Source: an uncultured Conexibacter sp. (GTDB taxonomy: Bacteria > Actinomycetota > Thermoleophilia > Solirubrobacterales > 70-9). From it: a stretch of 64,000 bases of DNA. The position numbers and the translations under genes are program-made. Under the pieces are notes generated by a model. It did no database searches. It had not been told where the DNA came from and worked only from the letters and a program-made list of their open reading frames with translations. Shown piece after piece: positions 44,654 through 51,865 of the stretch; within the stretch, counting starts at the first letter, position 1, and every line of letters starts with the position of its first letter. Where the stretch lies: the NCBI GenBank assembly GCA_964497825.1, contig CAZCFA010000002.1:7510-71509 (forward strand), written 5' to 3'.

Positions 44654-45111
44654 GCGGTTCCGTCCTTCGCCAGCGTCTCCTTCGTCTCCTTGATCTCCTC
44701 GATCGCCATCTCCGGCACCGGCGGCGTCCCCTTCATCACGCTCCTGTAGGCGATCAACCCGGCGGCGGCGGCGATCAGCAACAGCAGCAGCGCCTCGATC
44801 GCGAAGCCGGCCCAGATCGCGGCCTCGATCCCGAGCAGGTCGTTGATCAGCCAGGCGACCGCGTGCATGATCATCGCCAGCGCCATCAGCACGAAGACGC
44901 CGGCGGCGATCCCGACGATCGCGCCGCGGCCGATGTTGGTGACCTTCTCGGTCAGCTCGGCCTTGGCGAGCGCGATCTCCTCGCGGACGAGGATGCTGAC
45001 GCGCTCGCTGACGTCGATCACGAGCTCGCCGACCTTGCGGTCGTCATCGGCCGGCGGCTTCGGGGGTTGCGCCTCCGTCGCGGTCGATGTCGTCGGCCGG
45101 TCCGCGCTCAC
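44650..45111 (-). CDS. actinobacterial holin-X / phage_holin_3_6-family membrane protein
   Basis: Track ORF with GTG start. LVREEIALAKAELTEK then two TM helices (AIVGIAAGVFVLMALAMIM, AGFAIEALLLLLIAAAAGLIAY). Confidence 0.7.
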   Translation of the reverse strand: MSADRPTTSTATEAQPPKPPADDDRKVGELVIDVSERVSILVREEIALAKAELTEKVTNIGRGAIVGIAAGVFVLMALAMIMHAVAWLINDLLGIEAAIWAGFAIEALLLLLIAAAAGLIAYRSVMKGTPPVPEMAIEEIKETKETLAKDGTA

Positions 45112-45242
45112 TCGGGCGGGTCCTCGTGGTAGATCCGGCGGTAGAGGATCGCGGCGATCCGGGTCGCGGCGATGCTGGCGAGCGCGCCGACGCCGGCCAA
45201 CAGGCCGGACCAGACGAGCCGCTTCGTCATCTCGTTGCTCAT
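45108..45242 (-). CDS. 44-aa membrane micro-protein (DUF4235-like)
   Basis: Own translation (below the ORF-track size cut-off): MSNEMTKRLVWSGLLAGVGALASIAATRIAAILYRRIYHEDPPE. Its TGA overlaps the GTG of the next gene (GTGA). Confidence 0.5.
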   Translation of the reverse strand: MSNEMTKRLVWSGLLAGVGALASIAATRIAAILYRRIYHEDPPE

Positions 45243-45318
45243 TGCCGCATTCCTTCCCCGCCCGCGAGTAGCTGAACCGAGGGGGCGAGACTACCGGCAG
45301 CCCGCCGCACGGCGCAGC

Positions 45319-45933
45319 TCAAGCCTCCGCACGGCGCTCGAGCCCGCAGCAGAGGGTCTCGACGACCATCGTCCGGGCGCGGTCGAACTCCTCGTCGTTG
45401 GCGGGGATCAGGCCGAAGACCCAGCCCGAGAGCAGCTGCTCGATCGCGCCGTAGAACCACATCGCGACGAAGTCAGGGTCGATCTCGGGGCGGTAGAGGC
45501 CCTCGCGCTGGCCGTCGGCGACGATCGCGGCGACGGTGGCGTAGGCGCGCTGGATCTCGGGCAGGTGGGTGGCGCCGAACGAGTTCGCCGCGCGGGTGAC
45601 CTCGATGATGATCACCTTCATCAGCTCCGGGTCGTGACGGTAGGAGTCGATGATGAAGCCGGCGATCCCGTCGAGCTTCTCGCGGGCGGGGATCGGGCGC
45701 TCGTAGAGCTCGTCGCTGGCGGCCAGCAGCAGCGACCAGCGCTCGGTGAACAGCTCCGCCATCACCGCCTCCTTGGAGCGGAAGTAGTGGTAGACGAGCC
45801 CGTAGGCGACCCCGGCCTCGTCGGCGATGTCGGAGACCCTGGTCGCGTGGTAGCCCTGGCGGGCGAAGACGCGAATCGCAGCCTCGAGGATCGTGCGGCG
45901 CTTGTCGACCGCCGGCGCCCGCGCCTCAGCCAT
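45319..45933 (-). CDS. TetR-family transcriptional regulator
   Basis: Track ORF. N-terminal HTH ILEAAIRVFARQGYHATRVSDIADEAGVAYGLVYHYFRSKEAV. Confidence 0.92.
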   Translation of the reverse strand: MAEARAPAVDKRRTILEAAIRVFARQGYHATRVSDIADEAGVAYGLVYHYFRSKEAVMAELFTERWSLLLAASDELYERPIPAREKLDGIAGFIIDSYRHDPELMKVIIIEVTRAANSFGATHLPEIQRAYATVAAIVADGQREGLYRPEIDPDFVAMWFYGAIEQLLSGWVFGLIPANDEEFDRARTMVVETLCCGLERRAEA

Positions 45934-46759
45934 GGGCGACGGCCTCCTGCGGCCACGCGTAGGCGGCGGGCCGGCGGTTCGCCAGCGAGGGGACCCGGGC
46001 GCGGACCGACTCGAGCTCGGCCAGGTCGAGGTCGGCGATCGCGTGGCCCTCGCCGTCGGCGATCGCGGCGAGGACCCGGCCCCAGGGGTCGACGATCATC
46101 GCGTGCCCCCAGGAGTCGTAGTGGGGCGGTGCCTGCCCGAACTGGGCGGCGGCGATCACGAACAGCTGGTTCTCGATCGCGCGGGCGCGCAGCAGCACCT
46201 CCCAGTGGTCGCGACCGGTGACGGCCGTGAACGCGGCCGGCACGGTGACCGCCGTGGCGCCGCGCAGGGCGAGGATCCGGTACAGCTCCGGAAAGCGCAG
46301 GTCGTAGCAGACGCTGAGGCCGAGCTCGAGCTCGCCCGCGGTCGCGGTGACGAGCTCGGTGCCCGCCGCCTCGGACTCCGACTCGCGGTAGGCGACGCCG
46401 CCGACGTCGACGTCGAACATGTGGACCTTGCTGTAGGCGGCGGCGACCTCGCCGGCGGGATCGATCAGAAGCGACGTGTTCGCGAGCAGCTCGCGGCCCG
46501 GGACGCGCTCGGCGACGCTGCCGGCGAGCAGGTGGATGCCGAGCTCCCGCGCCCAGGCGCGGGCGGCGCTGACGGCGGCGCCGTCGCGCGGCTCGGCGCG
46601 CTCGCGGAGCACGTCGGCGCCGGCGAGCAGGTTCCACTTCTCGGGCAGGACGACGAGCTCGGCGCCGGCGCCGGCGGCGGCGCGCACGACGCGCTCGGCG
46701 GCCGCCAGGTTGGCGCCGACGTCCGCGGTCGAGTTGATCTGTGCAGCGGCGACGCGCAT
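45926..46759 (-). CDS. carbon-nitrogen hydrolase (nitrilase superfamily)
   Basis: Track ORF. VVLPEKW (Glu), YSKVHMFD (Lys), LSVCYDLRFPE (Cys) catalytic triad contexts. Confidence 0.9.
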   Translation of the reverse strand: MRVAAAQINSTADVGANLAAAERVVRAAAGAGAELVVLPEKWNLLAGADVLRERAEPRDGAAVSAARAWARELGIHLLAGSVAERVPGRELLANTSLLIDPAGEVAAAYSKVHMFDVDVGGVAYRESESEAAGTELVTATAGELELGLSVCYDLRFPELYRILALRGATAVTVPAAFTAVTGRDHWEVLLRARAIENQLFVIAAAQFGQAPPHYDSWGHAMIVDPWGRVLAAIADGEGHAIADLDLAELESVRARVPSLANRRPAAYAWPQEAVAHG

Positions 46760-46787
46760 GCCTCTCGTTCGGGCCTCCCGGAGGTCG

Positions 46788-46803
46788 TTGACTGACCGGT
46801 CAA
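46788..46803. promoter_or_regulatory. candidate TetR operator (inverted repeat TTGAC-N6-GTCAA)
   Basis: ttgactgaccggtcaa lies 29-44 bp upstream of the nitrilase-TetR operon start (46759, minus strand). Confidence 0.35.
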
Positions 46804-46814
46804 TCTAGCGCGGG

Positions 46815-47213
46815 TCAGTCACCGAAGAGCACGAACAGGACCAGCGTGCCGAAGACGAGCGCGCAGGCGCCGGCGCCGACGAGCGCGATCGATCCCGATG
46901 CCGAGGCCGGGTCGAAGCCAGCGATCAGGCCGACCGCGACGAAGCCGAGGCCGACCACCAGCGCGCTGCCGCCCCAGACGGTCAGCGCCCGGTCCCAGCG
47001 CTCGGCCTCGTCCTCGATCTCGCTGTGGCGGTCGAAGATCGCGTAGGGCGCGGCGGCGAGCGCGACCAGCGTCGCCAGCGCGAAGACGACGAGCCAGGGA
47101 TCGAGCTCGCCGAGCGACAGATGCGGCCGATCGCCGGCGGCGACGGCGAGCGCCGCGATCGCGGCGACGGCGACCGCGGCGAGACCGAGCCGCAGCAGTA
47201 TGCGGGCCCTCAC
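46815..47213 (-). CDS. hypothetical 4-TM membrane protein
   Basis: Track ORF with GTG start overlapping the MerR stop (GTGA). Four hydrophobic helices. Confidence 0.65.
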   Translation of the reverse strand: MRARILLRLGLAAVAVAAIAALAVAAGDRPHLSLGELDPWLVVFALATLVALAAAPYAIFDRHSEIEDEAERWDRALTVWGGSALVVGLGFVAVGLIAGFDPASASGSIALVGAGACALVFGTLVLFVLFGD

Positions 47214-47950
47214 CCGTCCGGCTCGCCCCCGGCGCCGGAGGCGAGCCGGCGCCCGAGCTCGGTGGCGACCAGCCGCGAGTGCATCGCCGCGATCAGGTCG
47301 GCGAGCGGGTCGATGCCGGCCTCGATCAGCGCCGCCGCACGGTCGGCGGGCAGCCGGCCGACGATCTTCTCCGAGAGCAGCTCGACCTCGCGCCGGGCGA
47401 GCGCCTGCAGCGGCTCGACGAAGCGGCTGGCGTCGTAGACGGTGAAGCCGATCGTCTCGTCGTAGCCGCCGGCGCGGAAGCGGGCGATCGCCTCGACGAT
47501 GCGGACGTCGGACGGCGTCAGGCCGTCGCCGGGCGCGCTGATCACGCCGACCTCGGCGAGCCGCTCGAGCGCCTCGAGCGGGACCCCGAGCCGCTCCCCG
47601 ACCGCCGCCGCCGGGACCCGCTCGCGCTCGCGCGCCAGCGCCGCGTCGAGCCCGCGGTCGGCGGCCTCGATCCGCGAGCGCACCCGGTCGGTGTCGCCGT
47701 CCTCGCTGGCGAGCAGCTCGCCGATCACCCGCAACGGCATGAACCGCTCCTCCTGCAGCTGCTTGATCAGCTTGATCCGGTCGATCAGCGCGGGCGGGTA
47801 GTAGGCCATGTTGCGGCTCGTCTTGCGACCCTCGGGCAGCAGCCCCTCGCGCAGGTAGTGGCGCACGGTCGCGACCGGCACCCCGGCCCCCTCGGCGAGC
47901 TCGGAGATCTTCAGCGTCGGCTCGCCCAGAGCCCCCCGGCCCGCGGCCAT
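47210..47950 (-). CDS. MerR-family transcriptional regulator
   Basis: ATG 47950 inside track ORF 47210..48760. HTH LKISELAEGAGVPVATVRHYLREGLL. One-nt overlap (TGATG) with the upstream gene. Confidence 0.88.
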   Translation of the reverse strand: MAAGRGALGEPTLKISELAEGAGVPVATVRHYLREGLLPEGRKTSRNMAYYPPALIDRIKLIKQLQEERFMPLRVIGELLASEDGDTDRVRSRIEAADRGLDAALARERERVPAAAVGERLGVPLEALERLAEVGVISAPGDGLTPSDVRIVEAIARFRAGGYDETIGFTVYDASRFVEPLQALARREVELLSEKIVGRLPADRAAALIEAGIDPLADLIAAMHSRLVATELGRRLASGAGGEPDG

Positions 47951-48828
47951 CAGCCCGCGCTCAGCCCGAGCAGCTCCCGCGCCTCGGCAACCGTTGCGGC
48001 GCGGCGGCCGACGTCCTCGGCCATCTGCCTCGCCTTGGCGATCAGCTCGCCGTTCGAGCGCGCCATCTCGCCGTCGGGCAGGTAGAGGTTGTCCTCGAGG
48101 CCGGCGCGGACGTTGCCGCCGAGCACGAGCGCGCTCGCCAGCAGCTTCCACTGATCGCGCGAGACGCCGATCAGCTGCCAGTTGCTCGGCCCCTCGGGGC
48201 CGCCCGGGATCTGGTCCGACATCGCGGTGACGTTGCGCGGCACCGGCCGGACGCCTCCGGTCACCCCCATCACCAGCGAGATCTGCAGCGGCGGCTCGAG
48301 CAGGCCCATGTCGAGCAGCGGGTCGAGGTTGGCGACGTGGCCGGCGTCGAAGCACTCGTGCTCGGGCTGGATCCCGTTCGCCCGCATCGCCTCGATCAGC
48401 TCGATGATCGTGTCGAAGCTGTTCTCGAACACCGCCTTGAAGACGAAGTCCTTGCGCCGCCGCGAGTACTTCGCGTAGTTCATCGACGACATGTTCAGCG
48501 CCGCTACGTCGGGCTTCAGCGCCTCGAGGTAGGCGATCCGCTGCTCCAGCGGCACCCCGATCGCGCCGGTCGAGTAGTTGATGATCACGTCCCCGACCTC
48601 GGCCCTGATCGCCGCGGTGATCGCGGCGAAGTCCTCGATCTCGTAGGAGGGGACGCCGTCGGGGCTGCGGGCGTGGATGTGGATCTGGGCGGCGCCCTCG
48701 TCGACCGCGCGACGCGCCTCCGCCGCGTACTCGGCCGGCGTGTAGGGGATCGCCGGGCACTGGTCGCGGTTGGCGATCGCGCCGCTGATCGAGCAGCTGA
48801 TGATCACCGGGTCGGAGAAGCGGCTCAC
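47950..48828 (-). CDS. beta-keto acid cleavage enzyme (BKACE / 3-keto-5-aminohexanoate cleavage, DUF849 family)
   Basis: Track ORF. PVIISCSISGA, AAQIHIHARSPDG, ECFDAGH, GGNVRAGLEDNLYL: characteristic BKACE blocks including Zn-ligand His/Glu contexts. Confidence 0.85.
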   Translation of the reverse strand: MSRFSDPVIISCSISGAIANRDQCPAIPYTPAEYAAEARRAVDEGAAQIHIHARSPDGVPSYEIEDFAAITAAIRAEVGDVIINYSTGAIGVPLEQRIAYLEALKPDVAALNMSSMNYAKYSRRRKDFVFKAVFENSFDTIIELIEAMRANGIQPEHECFDAGHVANLDPLLDMGLLEPPLQISLVMGVTGGVRPVPRNVTAMSDQIPGGPEGPSNWQLIGVSRDQWKLLASALVLGGNVRAGLEDNLYLPDGEMARSNGELIAKARQMAEDVGRRAATVAEARELLGLSAG

Positions 48829-48835
48829 CGCGGCT

Positions 48836-49618
48836 TCAGCGCCCCTTCCACTGCGGCTCGCGCTTCTCGAAGAACGCCTTGACGCCCTCCTCGATGTCCT
48901 CGGTCGAGAACGTCAGCGAGAGCTGGCTGCGCAGGAACTCGAGCGCGTCGTCGATCGCCATGTCCTGCTGCCGGTAGATCGCGTCGTGGCCGAGCCGCAT
49001 CAGCACCGGGCTCTTGGCGGCCAGCCGCGCCGCCCAGTCGGCGACCGCGGCCTCGAACTCGTCCGCCGCCACGACCCGGTTGGCGAGCCCGTACTCGACC
49101 GCCTGGTGGGCCCCGATCCGCTCGCCGAGCAGCATCATCTCGTTCACCTTCTTGCGCGGCACGTTGCGGTAGATGATCGCCATGATCATGTAGGGGAAGG
49201 CGCCGACGTTGATCTCGGGCGTGCCGAAGCTGATCCCTTCGCGCGCGATCACCAGATCGCAGGACAGCGCCAGGCCGAGGCCGCCGGCGAGCACGTGACC
49301 GTTGGCGGCACACAGCGACGGCTTGCCGAGCCGCGGCATCAGCCGGAAGAAGCGCAGGAACAGGTCGGAGGAGAAGTGCTTTTCGACGAGCGGCGCATCG
49401 GCGGCGAACCCGCCGAGGTCGGCGCCGGCGCAGAAGACCTTCTCGCCAGCGCCACGCAGCACGAGCGCACGGGCCGCGTCGTCGTCGCGGACGCGTTCGA
49501 GCGCGTCGACGAGCTCGGCCAGCATCTGCGCGGAGAGCGCGTTGCGCTGCTGCGGGCGGTTCAGGGTGATGGTGGCGACGCCACCGGAGACCTCGTAGAG
49601 CAGCTGTTCGTAGTCCAT
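48836..49618 (-). CDS. enoyl-CoA hydratase/isomerase (crotonase family)
   Basis: Track ORF. TLNRPQQRNALS, VFCAGADLGG, PSLCAANGHVLAGGLGLALSCD. Confidence 0.92.
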   Translation of the reverse strand: MDYEQLLYEVSGGVATITLNRPQQRNALSAQMLAELVDALERVRDDDAARALVLRGAGEKVFCAGADLGGFAADAPLVEKHFSSDLFLRFFRLMPRLGKPSLCAANGHVLAGGLGLALSCDLVIAREGISFGTPEINVGAFPYMIMAIIYRNVPRKKVNEMMLLGERIGAHQAVEYGLANRVVAADEFEAAVADWAARLAAKSPVLMRLGHDAIYRQQDMAIDDALEFLRSQLSLTFSTEDIEEGVKAFFEKREPQWKGR

Positions 49619-49660
49619 GGCAGCGCGGCTCGAGCCGCCGTCTGAGCCTAGCAGCGCATG

Positions 49661-49685
49661 AAGTGGGAAGTCACGCTTCCTACTT
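49661..49685. promoter_or_regulatory. AT-rich imperfect palindrome AAGTGGGAAG-tcacg-CTTCCTACTT (operator candidate)
   Basis: Lies in the 159-bp divergent spacer between the crotonase operon (-) and MMPL (+). Low-GC island. Related sequence at 55141-55172. Confidence 0.45.
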
Positions 49686-49777
49686 TTCGTGCTCCCGGCC
49701 CGCCGCCGACGCGAAGCCGCCCCGGACGCCCATATCCTACCCGCCGTCGAGGGGACGCCGGTCCCCGCCGATCAGGG

Positions 49778-51865
49778 ATGAGCGCAGTAGCCAAAGCCAC
49801 ATACCTGCGTTCCTGGACCGTGCTCATCGCGGCGCTCGTGATCCTGATCGCCGCCGCCGCGATCGCCGCCGACGTCTTCGACCGCGTCGATCCGTTCGAC
49901 ATCAGCGACTCCGACTCCGAGGTCCAGCGCGCCTACGGGCAGATCGAGGCGGCGACCGGGCGCACGCCCGATCCCGAGGTGATCCTGCTCGTCGATCCCG
50001 GCGCCGACGCGGCCGCGGCCGAGGCCGCGCTCGCCGCGGTCGACGGGATCGCCGCGGTCGCCGGGCCCGGCACGAGCCCGCGGCTCAGCGCCGCCGACGG
50101 CCACGCGCTCGTCGTCGGCTACCTCGAGCCCGGCGCCAACCGGGTCGACGTCGGCGCCGACGCGGCGGCCGCGGTCGCCGGCCTGCCCGGCGTCGCGGCC
50201 GGCGGCACCGCTGTCGCCGCCTACCAGGTCGGCCTCCGCTCCGAGGACGACTCGCGCCGGATCGAGCTGCTGGCGGCGCCGCTGCTGCTGGTCCTGCTGC
50301 TCGTCGTCTTCCGCACGCTCGTCGCCGCGGTGCTGCCGCTGCTCGTCGCGGCGATGACGATCCTCGTCAGCTTCGCGGCGCTGCGGCTGCTCACCGGGCT
50401 GACCGCGATCGACCTGTTCTCGCTGCAGGTCGTGACCGGCCTCGGCGTCGGCCTCGCGATCGACTACAGCCTGTTCGTGATCGCCCGCTTCCGCGAGGAG
50501 ATCGCCGGCGGCGGCCCCGTCGACTACCGGGCCGCGCACCTGCGGACGCTGCGGACCGCGGGGCGCACGATCGCCTTCAGCGCGCTGACCGTCGCCGCGG
50601 CGCTGGCGGCGCTGACCGTCTTCCCGCAGCCGTTCCTGCACTCGACCGGGATCGCGGGCGCGCTGACGGCGCTCCTGGCCGGCCTCACCTCGCTGCTGGC
50701 GCTGCCGGCGGCGCTCGCCCTGCTCGGCCCCTCGATCAACCGCTTCGCGGTCCGCCGCGACCCGCTCCGCGCCGGCATCGGCGCCCGCAGCAGCTTCTGG
50801 CGGCGGCTGCCGGCGCTGGTCTGCCGGGTGCCGGTCGTCTCGATCGTGATCGGCGCGGCGACGACGCTGGCGCTCGCCAGCCAGGTGCTGGGCGCCGAGC
50901 TGACGACGCCCGACGCGCGGGCGCTGCCGGGCACCGACTCGGCGCGGATCGTGGAGGAGGGCCTCGACGAGTCGTTCCCGGAGCTGCCGGACACGGTCCT
51001 GCACGCGATCGTGCCGGCCGGCGGCGCCGGCGAGATCGCCCGCACGCTGGCGCGGCTGCCGGACGTCAGCGACGTCAGCCGCACCGACCTCGGCGACGGT
51101 CGCAAGGCGATCCGGGTCGAGTCCGGCGCCGACCCGCTGTCCGACGCGGGCCAGGACCTGGTCGCCTCGGTGCGCGCGACGGTGCCGGCGGGCACCGCGG
51201 TCGGGGGCCGCGCGGCGGAGCTCACCGACCAACGGACGAGCGTCCGCGACCACGTCCCCGAGGCGCTCGCGATCCTGCTCGTCACCAACCTGCTGCTGGT
51301 CGCGGCGATGACCCGCTCGCTGCTGTTGCCGCTGCTCGCCGTGGCGATGAACCTGCTCTCGGTCGCCGCGGCGCTGGGAGCGATGAGCGCCCTGTTCACG
51401 ACCGGCTGGAGCGCCGAGCTGCTCGGCACCGACGCGGTGATCGGGATCGACATCTCGGTGCCGGTGCTCGCGTTCGCGGTTGCCTTCGGGCTCTCGACCG
51501 ACTACGGGATCTTCCTGCTCTCGCGGGTCAGGGAGGCGCGGGCCGGCGCCGCCGGCGAGACCGAGGCGATCATCGAGGCGGTAGCCCGCAGCGGGCGCCT
51601 GATCAGCGCCTCGGCGGTGCTGCTGGCGGTCGCGGTCGGCGCCTTCGCCTTCTCCGACCTGGTGATCATCAAGGAGTTCGCGATCGCGATCGCGATCGCG
51701 GTGCTGCTCGACGCGACGATCGTTCGCGGCCTGCTGATCCCCGCCTTCCTGCGGCTGCTCGGCGCGGCCGCGTGGTGGCCGGGGGGCGGCCGGCTCGGCG
51801 CCGCCCGCGAGCGCTCGGCCGCTACCGTGGGCTCGCCGCCTCGACAGACGACAGGCCCCGGTTGA
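49778..51865 (+). CDS. MMPL/RND-superfamily transporter (second copy)
   Basis: ATG 49778 inside track ORF 49658..51865 (MSAVAKATYLRSWTVLIAALVIL). Two 6-TM bundles. GLAIDYSLFVIARFREE and GLSTDYGIFLLSRVREA repeats typical of MMPL. Confidence 0.9.
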   Translation: MSAVAKATYLRSWTVLIAALVILIAAAAIAADVFDRVDPFDISDSDSEVQRAYGQIEAATGRTPDPEVILLVDPGADAAAAEAALAAVDGIAAVAGPGTSPRLSAADGHALVVGYLEPGANRVDVGADAAAAVAGLPGVAAGGTAVAAYQVGLRSEDDSRRIELLAAPLLLVLLLVVFRTLVAAVLPLLVAAMTILVSFAALRLLTGLTAIDLFSLQVVTGLGVGLAIDYSLFVIARFREEIAGGGPVDYRAAHLRTLRTAGRTIAFSALTVAAALAALTVFPQPFLHSTGIAGALTALLAGLTSLLALPAALALLGPSINRFAVRRDPLRAGIGARSSFWRRLPALVCRVPVVSIVIGAATTLALASQVLGAELTTPDARALPGTDSARIVEEGLDESFPELPDTVLHAIVPAGGAGEIARTLARLPDVSDVSRTDLGDGRKAIRVESGADPLSDAGQDLVASVRATVPAGTAVGGRAAELTDQRTSVRDHVPEALAILLVTNLLLVAAMTRSLLLPLLAVAMNLLSVAAALGAMSALFTTGWSAELLGTDAVIGIDISVPVLAFAVAFGLSTDYGIFLLSRVREARAGAAGETEAIIEAVARSGRLISASAVLLAVAVGAFAFSDLVIIKEFAIAIAIAVLLDATIVRGLLIPAFLRLLGAAAWWPGGGRLGAARERSAATVGSPPRQTTGPG

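Noticed and set aside
44650-45111. Prophage or lysis cassette, suggested by the phage-holin-family membrane protein
   Set aside because: No endolysin, terminase, capsid, tail, integrase or att-like repeats are nearby. GC content and codon usage match the surroundings. The DUF4235 / holin-X / DUF3618 trio is, to my knowledge, a common chromosomal arrangement in actinobacteria.
49658-49777. ATG 49658 as the MMPL start (MKWEVTLPTF...), and the 426-aa ORF 55152..56432 starting MKCYCPL
   Set aside because: Both ATGs belong to the shared AT-rich ATGAAGTG motif. The 40 extra MMPL residues are Arg/Pro-rich with poor codon statistics. ORF 55152 is out of frame with, and overlaps, the well-supported acyl-CoA dehydrogenase (55210-56424).
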